Below are positions 49,476 to 62,936 of a stretch of DNA of 64,000 nt, piece by piece (the stretch's first letter is position 1; each line of letters opens with the position of its first letter). The notes beneath the pieces are model-generated. The model made no database searches. It saw nothing but the letters and a program-made list of their open reading frames with translations, and was not told the origin of the DNA. The translations under genes were made by a program, and so were the position numbers. This stretch comes from Takakia lepidozioides (Eukaryota > Plantae > Bryophyta), in the NCBI GenBank assembly GCA_030704615.1, contig CM060732.1, forward strand, positions 18,352,001 to 18,416,000, read 5' to 3'.

Positions 49476-52400
49476 TTTGGGCTATCTTATTCACCCTATT
49501 CTCCCTTAGCACATGTACACCTAGAAACATAGTGGATACATCTCCCTTGTCACACGTCAAACAATTGGCAAGCAGATCCACCCTGTATTTTGCTTCAGCT
49601 TCAGAAGGACCTGCCACATGCGGCCTAAATCATAGGCTTTCCAAGCTTGGGACCCTTGTTGGCCTCCACACCAATTTTTATGTCCTTAGATCTTTGCCGC
49701 GACCCTTCACCTATAGCAATCCTGACAGTTCATTGGGAAGCAGCTGCGCCACTGCCTTCCAGTATGCCTTGTTTGTACTTTTGTGGAAGTTCTCTTGATT
49801 TGCTGGAAAAACCTGCCCAATAGACAACATGGCCCTTATGTTCAGTGCACGTATGTGCATTGTACTTAGATATGTAAATCTCCACATAAAATATAGACCC
49901 ACATATGTAATAGTTTGTACATGTGTGTCAGTGAATTTGACCACATTTTTACACTCAACGATTTTGATTTTCCGTTGCAAACTTACTGAATGAATGCATG
50001 GGCACTTCAAACCTTCAGATAATCTCCAATGCCAAGGCAGGGCAAAGGACACTCAAGCGCATATACAACTCACATGAGGCAGCTAAAAGGGATAAATATT
50101 TCTCTCGATGTCCAGATTGCACGGTTCCCTTCTGCATCTGCATCTCATGGATCATTATTGTATGGCAATATGACAAATGAGTCGGACACCAGTGCAACCA
50201 TTCACTGGAAAAGTTAGAGAGTCTCTACACATGAGCAATAGACAAATCATATTGAACAGCCTAGTAGTGATTTTGGTTTCTTGACTGTGGTGACATTGAT
50301 TCCTTCTACCTTTGTCAAGGGCTGGAGGGAATTTCAAATTGGTGACTCTTGAATTTATCCCACTGTCTCTCCAAACAAGAGTTGGGTCCTTGATTCACTT
50401 TCATCTAAACCTAAAGGGCCTTTCTTTCTTGGCAATTCCTGGTGGCTGATGGCCCTTAGTCCTGATTGCTGCTACATGATTGTGTAGCCATAATATATGT
50501 TGATCCTTCAATGATAGAGACCGGATATAGACATTCATCCTTCAGATTTATCAGTGGATTACTGCCACACAATTTCAAAGAATCTGTCAAACTCTTACAT
50601 TATTCAATCAGAAAGTGCTCCGCATTGAGAAAAAACAGTATACCCTTGAAAAGGAGCTAACCACAATGAGTACTTACTTCGGGTCTGATAGGAAGTTCAA
50701 ACAGATGTGGAATCCCGAACTGCTTCACCACCTGTACTCAGATTTGATACGGCCCCCATCAAAACCACTTATGAGATAAACATGGTAGTCAAAATGGGAA
50801 GGGTTTAAGATATAGATGGTCTCAAAATGTTTCACCATGATCCACCTACACTAAAGCCATTGGAGGATGGCGGTGCATATGAAAACATGAAGGTGCAGTG
50901 CATAGCCCACATTCTTGTGCATTTGTTGGTAAAGATCTGCTTTGACTCACATTGAGTGATACAGTGATGCGCATACCTTGGATAGTAGCGCTTCCCATCA
51001 GCTTTGAAGCAGCACATATTCTCCACTATTGCAATGCACGGAATTTGGGCACAAAAAACATCATGCTATCATTTGGCCTTGATTTTTGTTATATCCATGG
51101 GGCTGACAGCCAAGCCGCTACAGCAAGAAACATTTATTCAACATGGCTGAGGACCTTAAGGATGATTTGAAGGGCCTAGCTACAATCAGCACTAGACTAA
51201 AATCTAAAGTGCGGGCGGAAGTCTACCTTAGAACAATAAACAGATGCAGAGAAGAAGAGGACAATGCCAATGCGGGCTGTGTGGTCGGCAATATTCATTT
51301 TTTGACCCTGCTGCCATGACCCGTTTGGGAGCTAGAGGCTAACGTCAGTAAATATGCTGCGGTGGCATTCAACGACAAAAATCCTTCCATCATAGGTAAT
51401 CTGGAGCTTGAAATCTGGCCCTCTTACACCAACGAGCTAACTTGCAGAATTCAACATGGAAATTTAGGGCCGATTCTGACAAGATGGAAAAACAAGGTGA
51501 AATGTGTTGAAGAAGGTGCCTTCATTAGCAGTGCCTTGTTCTATCAATTGTGATGCTGCCGCTGCTGTTTCCAGTTGTCCATTCGTGGCTGCATCCTCAT
51601 TGTCGCTCCATTGTTGTAGATGTAAGGCTCACGATTTTGAGTATGAGACAGATTCCATAACCGCATTGACTTGTTTCATGGATATTTTGGAAAATGTGAT
51701 GGCTACTATTTTTATGAAGATCTGATGGAGACCTTGAATGTAATTGCTCTGCCAGATCGATGGAGTTCACGCCATGGCAATGCCCGATCTCGTGACAATC
51801 AATTGTGGGGAGCAGAGGCGGGAAGCAAGAAGCATGAAGCGCGTGGATGAATGCATGGATGTGACAGGTAGAATGTGGATGGAATGTTCTGGATGATAAC
51901 GTATAACATTCATCCAAACTGCGCAATCAGGTGCGCAGTATTGGGAACATTGTTGCGAACTGCGCATTATTAGGACCATTTACCATATTACCTCAACAAT
52001 TATTTTGACCTCCCTCAAAAACTATTGATGAGGTAACTTTCTTTTAAGAAAAACATAATGTTTGATATGTGATAAAAGATAGCAGATATATTATAATTTT
52101 TCTGCCCTATAGGCATAACAATTATCTAGGGTCGACTGTAACAGCACCCTAATTCTTGGCGACGAGCCTAAGCACCTCGCAATCGAAGCAGGTGACACCA
52201 TCTCCTCGGGCAATGCAGCGTTCTGGCAACGGCCAGCCCCTCCACCCGGCTCAGTCTGGCGATCTGACGGTGGAGGATGGTGCCCATGGCGAAATCTGGC
52301 TGGCCCCCGGCGTGATGGGGCGCCAGCCCTTGGATTTAGGGCGCCGTGCCCCCCGTTCTCAGGCGAAAACATAGGGTTCCCTGGTGCTTTTTGGCACCCG

Positions 52401-52649
52401 TTCGGGCGATAAATTTAGATTTTGCCCCCAGAAATCGTAAAGGGGTGTCGCGGGCCTTTTTTTTTGGGTGCTATTGTGCTTTTTTTCTCCTAAAAAGGAG
52501 GGGCTGGTGGGTGGTGATCCATGAACCTGCAAGGCCCTCCGAGCCCATAGTGAGAAGGATAGAGGGAGGATGGCTAGGGCCGTTGAGAAGCCCGTAGATG
52601 ATAGGAGTGACCTTGACAACTGCAAGATTGCGCCTCACTGCATGCTCGG

Positions 52650-53640
52650 GCGTCTAGTCACATAGCCTTAGGCTCGCAAAAGACCTAAGCTCGAGGTACC
52701 TCCTTGCCAGATTGATAAGGGGGTCTTCTAGAGTGTTGGAGAAAGGGCAGAAATCAAAAGTAGCTGGAGGATGATGGGGGGGGGGGGGGGATGTCAAAGT
52801 AGATTGCCCCCACAAGGAAAATGCGGATGCAAAGGTGCAGGTTGGAATCCCCACGAATGGAGCGCCTCTGCCAGAAACTCACAGTGCTCCTGTCATACTT
52901 GTTTCTCCTTCACGTTCCTTGGACGCCAGTGCTGCGGCTGCCTCACACCCAACGCTCTCGGCTGGACGGCAGGCAAAAAGAAAGAGGACCGGCTTGCCCT
53001 TTGTCTCATCTCCTCCACCAAGGCCTCGGCTCATTTTGCTGCCACGGGATCAGGGAAGTCCCCATGGATTATACCCAAAGCAAATAATGCTTAGCAACTC
53101 CTCTCTGATTTGCACAAAGATGAACGAGCTATCCAATGTAGGGAGCTTGATAGCGTTTCCGATTTTAGCCGTCTCAGGCATCATGACCACAATCTTCGGG
53201 ACCCCACTATCCTTGCTAGAATCAAATAAGGCAGGGTCCTGATCCACACTTAAAACAACATCGTCAATAGGATCAAAGACATTGAGGCTTCCAATGTAGG
53301 AGCCGGAATGGGCTCCAATCTCCGGCAGCGAGGCCAGATAATTATCTGGTAGGAACGGGAGCGCAATAATTCGGGGTTTGCAGGTGGCGCCATCCTTGTC
53401 GCCCCAGGCAGGTGACCAAGGGAAGATGTTCAGTTTGAAGCGAGATTTCCTCGTGTTGAAAGCAAGAGCTCGGTCTGCATCCTCCTTAGAACCAAATCTG
53501 ACAGTGTAAAAGCCACAAGATTTACGTCAAAAACTCTGCCCATAAATCTCATCTGGAGAAACAACAATGCGGCCAGATATTTCACCCAGTTTCATGAAAG
53601 GATTAGAAGTCAAGGGGAGCTCAAAGAAATCCTTTGCCGG
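52650..53640 (-). mobile_element. LINE ORF1-like (DUF4283-type) fragment
   Basis: Minus-strand translation GFYTVRFGSKEDADRAL...NIFPWSPAW...LPEIG, as in plant LINE ORF1. Confidence 0.6.
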
Positions 53641-55596
53641 GAAAGGAAATCTGTTCCTGATTTCATCATGATGCAGTCATCTGAAGTGAATGAGAACAAG
53701 TAAACAAATTTATGGCGTCCGCAGGAGAGCACAGGACGCGCAGAGGGCCCATATGACACAGTACAACGACAGAGAAGATAGAGAGCTAGAGAGAGAGAGT
53801 ACATCGTATGCTTCCATAGCAGAGCATTCATTCTCCTCGACTGGTCCTGAGATGCAGACGGAATGGCCTAGAGCACGCACTGAGCCCTTTAAAAGAGGGC
53901 TTGTCAGATACGCAATAACCGGCACCTATCCCAAACACACACGGCGTGAGAAGGGCGAGCAAATTACAATGATGCCCACCAAACAAGTTAGGCCTCTGTG
54001 ATATCTCTCTCCATTTAACTTGATTTGGGCAGTTGAGTGTTTATTCTTTGTTCTGGCAGAGCAGTAGCAGCCATGCCAGTATTGCAAAACACAATCAGTA
54101 TAACAGCCATCGCTCTACATCATTGGGGTTAAACCTTAGATTCCATTGAACGTCAGCATCGCTGCAGAATGCGGGCAAATTCTGCACTAGCGGGGCTCAT
54201 GAGTAGCGACCAACATGGTACGAAACTCCTATCTTCCTGTCAGCGAAATCTTCTTTCAATCAATCAAATTCTCAGCAGGGAAGAGGAGACTAGCATGGGT
54301 CTTACTGTGAAGGTGTTTTCCAGCAACATCCACCATATACTGGCCCGCAGTGACTCCAGTGAATCGTGATGGCGACTCCAATGGGTTACTCGGACCAGCT
54401 TTCCCTCTACCCTTTTGTGGCGGGCGTGGATTCTCTACAACATCCGGCCTATGGCAACGTACAAACAACGATGGTTGTAAGCAATGTACTCACGTGTTGT
54501 AGAAGTTTCTTCATTTCTGAGCTTCCCGTGGACTTTATGAGAGTGTACCAGTTGAAGGGGTGATCTACAGTTGCAGCGCTGCCACAGTTAAAACATAACC
54601 ATCTCTGAGCTTATACTCTAGATAGGGGGTGTAGGACTGGGACGATTCTTACCTGGAAGATAAGTTTGCGTTTGTGAAATTGTCAGCTTCTTTAATGAGC
54701 ACATTTGTGTGATTGGGGGGATATCCCATCACCATTTCCAGCTCACTGTGACTAATGTACTATCGCAGCTCATTTGTGCCAACTTCAGCTCCAGATTGGT
54801 CGTGTTGCTCTTGTAGCAGTTGTTAGATAGAACAACCTAAGGAACATCAGGAACAGAGTACTGAATTAGAAATGTCACTTGCTTAGGTGAGAGATAGGAG
54901 CTTAATTTGCAACATTTGGCATTATCGTGTTATGTGCAATATCCAAGATTCTCTATCTGATTTTAACGTGAGCACCTTGAGCTGGGCACAGTGTCGATGT
55001 ACTAACTAGTTCCACAGATGGTAGCTTTGCTCTTCTCCCTGCAGTTTGAGATAGTCTAGAAGTGTCCCGAACATTTGAGCCAACCGTCTCACGAGGAGGG
55101 AAGAGCTTGAAGGGAATATGTGTTACACAGTCCACAAAAACCAAAGTATACTTCAGCTAGATAATACATCAAGGGGGAGAGGAAGATACCCCTGTTTTCA
55201 GTTCAAGGGGGATGGGGTTGTGGAGGCAACTTTCGAGCGATGTCGACGGGTGGTCCCTCACACGGGGAAGCTTCAGGGGCTAACAGTCGAGGTCCAAACA
55301 TTTGCTTTTCCTCTTCAAGGTGCTTATTAAAGCTTCTGGCTCACCCTTCTTGTCACAACCAACTGCTCAAGATAAGTACTTAAGGTCCTCCATCTGTCTC
55401 AGTCCAGCATACCGATGGTTGACATCAGATACAGAGCTTATGCGATTGCTAATAGCTAGATTTGCAGATAGAAGACAAGTCTGTTACAATGGAATAAAAA
55501 ATAGTATAGTACTCATAAGAGTACTTATAGGCATTCGAGGATGCCAGCAAAAATGCGCGCATAGATTCAAATTGTGTTTCTAGAAGCTACATACTC

Positions 55597-58500
55597 TGCA
55601 GGAAACTTCTGGAACACTCTATCCTATCTGTCTAAGAATCCTTCATGTAATTCGCTGAGCTGGATCATTACAAAATCTGACGTGGCCGCCATGTAGTAAG
55701 TACGTTGTTTATTTCGTGGAACTCTGTCACTTAATACTCCCACTAAGAGTTTCACAGAAATAAACAATAGAGTCACAGACACCATAAACCTCCTTGCATC
55801 TCCCACTTTGTTTATTTCGAAGCCAGATTGAGCAGCGCCCGAAAACGGTTGAATGCTGGAGTAGGCAAGGGCAATCTGATCGCTGGTAGCAATGTACTGA
55901 AGTATGATTTGCTCCTTCTCATAGAAATCCCTGACAAGATGATAAAACAATATCAATGTGCTTTGTTTTCTTGTGATAAACAGGATTCTTGACACAGCGG
56001 ATAGCGGCCTGGTTGTCACAGTAGATAGTAAGTTGGAATTTTCTGCGGAAAGCTGAGTTCAGCAAGCATTCTTCGCATCCATACAACTTCCTTCGATGTG
56101 TTGCTCATCGCAACATACTCAGCCTCCATAATAGAAGCAACATTGCAATTCTGTTCCCTGCTGGACCAAATGATTGGAGCCCCATTGAGAAATAGCAATG
56201 CGCCAGTTCTGCTTTTGCGATCATCGGGGTCGCCCCCATAATCTGCGTCTCCATAAGCAATTAACGTGTGAGGCGCTGAAGTAGGGCCGAAGTGAAGAGC
56301 AAAATCTGCTGTTGCATGAAGATAACGAAAAATTCGTTTTAGTGCAGTTACATGTATCGGCTTAGGTTGAGACGAATACTTGGCTGCAATAGCAATTGCA
56401 TATGCGATATCAGGACGGCTCCTTGTCATAGCATACATAAAGGAACCCACTGCTTCCTGGTAGGGAAAATTGGTAACCACAACATCGTCGTGTGACTGAG
56501 TATAAGCTTCCAGTGTGACATTGGAATCTGCTGGGGTTGTCACCGTACGAGCATCGTCCATCTTGAACTTTCTAACAATGCGCTTGACGTACAGTGTCTG
56601 ATCAATAGTGAGCGTCCTCTGTGCTCTGTTCCTTGTCACTCGTAAGCCGACGTAGCAGTCAGGTGCACCCTTAGTAACTTCGAAATGCTTTCGGAGATAA
56701 TCTATGATATCATCCCCCTGTCTTAGTATCAGAAGATGCCACAAGACCATCATCCACAAATATTGTCAGATAAATCTTGGGATCAGCACTGTAATAGAGA
56801 CATGGATCTGCAGTGCTTTGCAGGAGGTTGTACTTGATCAGGAAGTCGCTGAACTTCTGGTTCCATGCTCTGGATGCCTGCTTCAAGCCATACAAGCTTT
56901 TTCTGAGCTTGCAAACTAATCCTTATGTGCCTGGTTGCTCAAAGCCCTTTGGCTGGCACATGTAAATCTCTTCATCCAACTGCCCGTGTAAAAAAGCAGT
57001 TTCAATATCAAACTGTAATAGGTCAAGATCGTCAACAGCCGCGATAGACAAGAGTGTGCAAATGGTTTCATGTCGAACCACAGGAGCATAAGTGTCGTGA
57101 TAATCCACCCCTTGCTTCTGGGTGTATCCCTTAGCAACCAGTCGACCCTTTAGTCGATCCACGCTTCCGTTTGACTTAAAAACCCATCTGCATTGGACTG
57201 CTCTGCGTCCTGGAGGTAGCTGTGTCAATGTCCACGTCTCATTTTGAAGCCTGAGTGAGTTATACTCCGTCTGCATTGCCTCTTGCCACTTGGTATGATC
57301 TGGTGCAGAAATTGCCTCTTCATACGTATTTGGATCACCAAGAGACTCAATGGTCTCAGTGTTTCCTGCAAAATCAGTTTCAGCATAATAGAGGAAATCG
57401 TCGTACCGTTGAGGTGGCCCTGCATTTCGCTGTGGTCTGACTCTCACACGAGCTTCGTCAAAAATGATTTGACCGTCGGCATCTGGATTGTCCACATAAT
57501 CTCTGCTATTGGCTGCTCCTGAGCTCTGTGATCCATCAATTGGTTCTACAGGCTATGCCACATTCTGTTGCAGGTCTCATTCTGGCTGAACTGGATATGT
57601 TGATGCATTTGAGGCAGGACCTAAGGCAAGTATGATAGAGCTCTGATTGCTCTGTTGAGATTCCTTGAACGCTATGTTGGTTGCATCATCGTGAAACAAG
57701 ACATCTCTGCTTACGATCACCTTGCATTTTTCTGTGTCCCAAAGCCTATAAGCTTTACTTTGGATGTCATAGCCTAGGAAAAGGCACTTTCTGCTTTTGC
57801 TATCCAACTTCTTACGCAGCTATGAGGGGATGTGTGCATAGGCTGTAGTTCCAAATGCACGTAAATGTGCCACATCTGGCCGCTTATTATTCCAGGCCTG
57901 CAATGGGTTGCATACCCTAAGGAAAGAGTGCCAATTCGGTTGAGCTAATATGCTGCCGTCATTACTGCTTCACCCCAAAAGTTGAGCGGCATTTGCTTGT
58001 CATGCAACATAGTCCTAACCATTTCGATAATGGTTTGGTTATCTCTTTCTGCATAACCATTTTGTTCAGGGGTGTACGCTGTTGTCAGCTCATGCGTGAT
58101 TCCCTTAGCTGATAGAAACTCAGCAAATGCCTTGTTCACATATTCAGTCCCTCGATCGGTGCGAAGCTTCATTATCTCGTTTCCGGTAGCATGCTTGGAG
58201 ATGTTCCATAACTCCTTGAAGCGATTAAGAACATCACTTTTCTGGCTAATATAGTAGATTACTCTATAGCCGCTGAAGTCGTCTTTGAAATTTACAAAAT
58301 ACTTAGCACTACCTATTGAAGGCTGTTGAATAGGACCTACCACATCTGAGTGATAAAACGATCCTACCAGTGCTTTAACTCTCTCACGCTGAATATGTTT
58401 AGGGAAGGTTTGACGATGATTTTTACCATGGACACAACCCTGACAAAATGGAAGATCGCTCATCTTGCCTGAAATGCTTAGACCTGTAACTGATCCTCTC

Positions 58501-59000
58501 TTCTCCATGACCTTAAGCACCTCAGCATTAGCATGACCAAAGCGTCTATGCCAATTTTCCAAGTTCTGTCCTTTGAGTGACAGAACCAATCTCTGCAATG
58601 ACTGAGTGTGCCTGTGAATCTGGTTTGACTACTCTGATACACAATCGTCTTTCTCTCACTCCTGTCATGACCAGTTTAGACTGTATGTGCTCTGAGTAGA
58701 ACCGACAAGTACTGTGGCGATATAAACAAGTTATGTCTCTGCTTGTAAGCGCAGTGATTGACACAAGATTGCGTCTCAGTTCAAGTAAAAGTACTCGGTT
58801 CAAAATGCCTCTTATCCAAATCCCATCAACATAAGACATTATTTCTATATCTCCAACACCTCTGACCCAAACCTGAAGGTCCGTTGCGACTTTAACTCCC
58901 CAGACCCCAGAGACAATAGGTTTAAAGCTAGCATACCAATCGCGATGGAATGTCATGTGCTCCGATGCCCTGGAGTCGGCAATCCACATTTCTTCTTGAT
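55597..59000 (-). mobile_element. pol: Ty1/Copia retrotransposon pol (PR-IN-RT-RH) with PPT and 3' LTR start; gag and 5' LTR not recognisable
   Basis: WIADSRASEHMT, WHRRFGH, HSDVVGP, TDRGTEY, NGYAER, KGRLVAKGY, FDIETAFLHG, LYGLKQASRAW, FVDD, DADYGGD...EAEYVA. PPT AAAGTGGGAGA then TG at 55798 on the minus strand. LTR end at 55597 is tentative. Confidence 0.93.
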
Positions 59001-59442
59001 CACTGTGCGTGATGTACGCCTGACTGATGTATCATGCTGTTGTAAGCACCTGCTGAGGCTGAGTATTCTCTTGTGAAGATACAAAGTTCCAATTCCTCCA
59101 CTGCTTCGTGTATCTCTGATATATAATGCAAAACTTCATTGGCCATTACTTGCTGCTGCATCACTCCCACTGTCACTTGCAGTATGGTAATCAGCTTTCA
59201 ATAGCATATCAGGGATCGTTAACTTTGCTTCCGCAAGAAACGCATCGCTCTCCATGACGTCGGTTTCTGTTACATAGCTTGGCTGCCTGGCTTATGCTTA
59301 CAGTCCTTCTTGCAGCCCTTGATTGAGCAAAGATCCTCCGTACATTCCTTAGACCAGTGTCCCCAGCAATGACACTCGTTGCACTGACTGCTCTTTTTCT
59401 ATACTCTACAAACTCTAGTCTCCATACACTTCAAGAAACTGC

Positions 59443-59575
59443 GTATGGGCTCCCTCTGCCCAACATACACTTTTGTGAAACAGAGTATGGGCCCCCTCTG
59501 CCCAACATATATTTTTGTGAACAGTGTATGGGCTCCCTCTGCCTCACCATACAGTTTTGTGAAAAGAGTATGGAT
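59443..59575. repeat. ~41-bp tandem repeat x3
   Basis: GTATGGGCYCCCTCTGCC...CATAYA.TTTTGTGAA repeated three times. Confidence 0.85.
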
Positions 59576-60499
59576 ACAAGTGGAGAGACGTTGCCTACCA
59601 TACGTTTTCACTAAAAGAGTGTGACATCGAGGGTGTATCTGGAGGAGTATTGCCTTTGGAGGATCTTTGGGGGGTCATTTGAGGAGCTTTTGTAAGACAC
59701 TTGAAGAGCTCTTGAATGGGTGTTTGGAGGACTTGTTTGAAGGACTATTTGGGGTCCTTGAGGGCCAAGATTTGGCAGGCTCTTGCGGCCTTGGTGGACT
59801 ATTTGGGGTCCAATTGTACAGGCTTTGGGGGCCTTAGTGAGATTGTTTGAGAGACATCTTGAGGGCTCTTGGAGAGTTATTTGAGAGACCCTGGAAGGTA
59901 GTTCTGTCTGGTGGTCATGAGCAAGAGCGTTTAGAGATAGGGGGAGACTAGTGGGATGAGAGCATTTTGGGATTAGGAATTGCTTTAGTCTCTCTTCCCC
60001 ATAGTCTTCCACCCTCTCTATAGGCCAAAACCTTTCCGTAGGTGGAGGCAAGAGCCAGTCCGGGTTTGGGCTGGGGTGTCCTTGTAGGAGCGACAGTGTG
60101 GAGTCTTTTTTTGGTATGGGGGAGTTACTGTACTCTTGATTTTCTTGTGTTTGGATCCCCCCCACACCTGCATGATTGACAGTGCGCCATGTCAGTTTTG
60201 TGTGGGCGCTTGTTTTCATAGGAGGTTGGTCCGGATTTGATCACCGACCAATCCTAGAGCGTGCTGTCGATGGTGAGGCTGGGGTGATGACTAGTTAGAC
60301 CATCATTGTTTCTCTTATGGTGAGGCTGGGTTGATGACCAACAGACCATAGGAGTGCTTGCTGTGGATGCAGGTGCAGGTGCAGGTGCAGGTTTATGTTA
60401 CGAACCTAGTACTAGGCCACAATAGGTTCTCTATCATGTTACCTTGTGGAGAGGGGATTAGAGACAGGTTTACAACAAGTGTGGTTGCGAGTTTTCATC

Positions 60500-61730
60500 A
60501 CGGAGGTGCCACCAGTTGCCGAGGGGAGTGCCGGTGCGAGCACCAGCGATACTAGTGGGTACACAAGACGAGGTGTGCGGTTTAGGCCACCTTCACCTTC
60601 AGTGTCTTCTGAGGAAGGTTCAGACTCGGAGTCAGGAGGATTCTCGCCGAGGGTGCAAGCCATTTCCGTACCATTGTTGTGGGACACGATGGAGAAGATG
60701 TATGGCGCTACCAAGGGGCCACGTAGGTACTCTGGAGCTGTGGGCACCATTGAGCTTGATGACTTTATACAGGAGTTTGATAGTTGGTGTGATGTGCAGC
60801 AAATGCGCAATCCACAACTGTTTACGCCTTTTATGGCGTGGAAGGGGCTATTCCAGCACCTTGAAGGGCCGCCCATGGACGACTACCATGAATTTAGGCG
60901 GGAAAATGAGGTGGAGATTGAGGAGTGACGACAATATTGGTCACCTGACTTTGTCTCCATCACTAGAGGCATAGTGACAAGATCCACGGCAACCACGGCA
61001 GCAGCTACACCAGCGGCTTCTGCAAGCAGCAGTGGAATTAGTGGGTCAGGATTAGCTGGGACATCCACTGCAGCTCCTACCGTTGCACCAACACCTATGC
61101 ATGCCTTCAACCTAGTTGTGGAGTTCTTCCAAGAGTTGAGAAGGAACTACCAGGAGGTGAGGACCGAGAAGTTGCGGAGCTTGCAAGAGTTCCAATGCAA
61201 GCCTACTGAGAGTTTGAGGGAGGCTTACACTCGCATGAGACGCTTGATAAATGGAACCCAAGGGGTTACGGAAGCTCAAGCAGTCCAATTCTGGTATGGG
61301 ATATTGGACAAGGAGTTGAGGAGAAGGGTGCGGGATGCAACTCTCCTACAAGTGGCCCAACCCACCTTAGCAAATGTATTTTTGCTAGCCGAGCGGATAG
61401 AGCTCAACATGGTGGAGGAGCGGGTGGTTATGGTGGGGTTTGGCAAAGAGACACAACAAAGTGGGGCTCCTAGCCAACAACAACCAACTCCCCAACATGC
61501 TCAAGGCAACAAGGGGGCTCGGACGAAGCCCAGGGAAGGTCACCGGGTTGCGGTGGGGGTGGTTCCACGAGGGGTGGTGGTAGCGTAGTGGGTCTTAGTG
61601 GGGGTGGCATAGGACTCACCATGGGGGTGGAGACCTTGTGGTGGGAGTCGTGGGGAGTCTTGGGACTCATCATGAGAGAGGATCTCAGATGCAAAGGTCT
61701 CTTCCTTCATTCTCAGGCCAACAACAGACG
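60500..61730 (+). pseudogene. gag: Gag (copy 2), zinc knuckle deleted
   Basis: Same Gag motifs as copy 1; TGG>TGA stop at 60926. Confidence 0.85.
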
Positions 61731-61731
61731 A

Positions 61732-62420
61732 CCTTGCCAAAGACATTCTCCCGCAGGTCATGGTAATGGTTTACATGATGCAAGGTCGCATCCGTTTTGG
61801 GAGATGTTGCGAGTGTTGCGTGACTTGCAAGTGAGGCAAGTGCAACCTCCAGCTTACATTCTGGAGAATGTTCCTCTCATGGGGGATTCTCGGGCCAGGG
61901 TTATGGCTAGTGTGCATCAGGTGCGGTCTTGGATTGGACAAGCTGTATTATTGGATGCAGCTACAGTGGGGTCACGGGCTCATATGCCTAGGTTGTGGTG
62001 GACCAACCTAGCACCACCAGAGTTGCTCAAGAGAGCATATGATTCCATTCAACGGCCACCCAGTCTCACGGTTGAGGGCATTTTGGACCAAGGGAGGCAG
62101 CCACAGAGGGTGCGACATGATGACCATCCACTTTTGGTGGTGGTTAATCGAGTGGGACAGCCACGTACGGCCTTGCCTACACTTGTGAGATTTCCCACGT
62201 CTCATGCTTTTCAAGACAATGGTCCAGGGTTGATTTGGGACAGTGCACTACAGCAATTGATGGAGCCCAATGCGGATGAGAGAGAGCGGGCAATGGGGTT
62301 TGACACAGGCACTACAGCTATGCCAGCTCTATCAGAGGCATCACGCCGATAGATGTTGGGTCAAGCAATGGATCTAAATTGCTTGACATGGGTCATTAGC
62401 TTGTGCATGGTTGAGCAACG
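61732..62420 (+). pseudogene. DNMT3/DRM-like C5 cytosine methyltransferase catalytic domain (motifs IV, VI, VIII, IX, X)
   Basis: PCQ (61732), YILENV (ENV 61864-61872), LDAATVGSRAHMPRLWWTNL (compare DNMT3 IDA..VSAAHRARYFWGNL), ERERAMGF, RR*MLGQAMDL. Motif I FxGxG is missing. Confidence 0.9.
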
Positions 62421-62936
62421 GAGGTTGTAGACAGTGGTGGCTACTACTGCACTCCCATTGGATAGTGCATCCTCCCTGCCAACCGGGACGGTTGAGGCAG
62501 TGAGTGGGGGCAAGCACAGGATCATGGGGTGCAAACACCCATGGCAGATGTGGGATCAGATGCGGAAAAAGAGAGTCATTGGGTCTCTCAAGGAGCAATA
62601 TGAGGAGTGGGGAGAGCCATACACGGAGGATCAGTTGGAGGCCAAGGTGGCCAAGGCTCTTGAAGAGGTTGAGGATGTTTCTTTTGCGGAGGATGTTTTC
62701 AAGGTGGCTATGGCGGAGCAAGTGGAGGCTACGCCATAGTCAGGGTGGGCAGATAAGGCCCAAGAGATTGCTATCTAGCAACCAAAGGTGCGTTTCCTAC
62801 TTCCAAGCTTGGTGTACCCAAGGTTGCAGTCACTGAGGACAATTGCGAACCAGATGTCGGATCTACAGTCACTGGAGGAGAAAGACGGAGGATCCAACGA
62901 TTTCTAAGGGCTTATAAAAATTGCTTTGCCTTCGGT

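Larger units (their letters stand above)
30251..52138 (-). mobile_element. pogo/Tc1-mariner-type DNA transposon (~7.2 kb without its nested insert)
   Basis: TA|CAGTTGACCTTAGATAAATGTTAT at the left versus the reverse complement of the right end, TA|CAGTCGACCCTAGATAATTGTTAT. Additional inverted subterminal match (ATAAATGGTCCTAATAATGC ~30377 versus GCATTATTAGGACCATTTAC ~51964). DDE_1-type transposase inside. Confidence 0.93.

Noticed and set aside
54060-55450. Possible Gypsy gag remnant (CFNCG on the minus strand near 54590)
   Set aside because: Only a partial knuckle and no supporting domains; too degraded to call.
59611-60219. 202-aa antisense ORF in the Gypsy leader, and other ORFs antisense to gag, pol and transposases
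   Set aside because: Not preserved as a full frame in copy 1 and no domain motifs; likely shadow ORFs.
61588-62352. An intact, host-encoded DNA methyltransferase gene
   Set aside because: Lacks SAM-binding motif I, has an Arg-to-Met change in motif VIII and a stop in motif X, is intronless, and is embedded between gag and RT.
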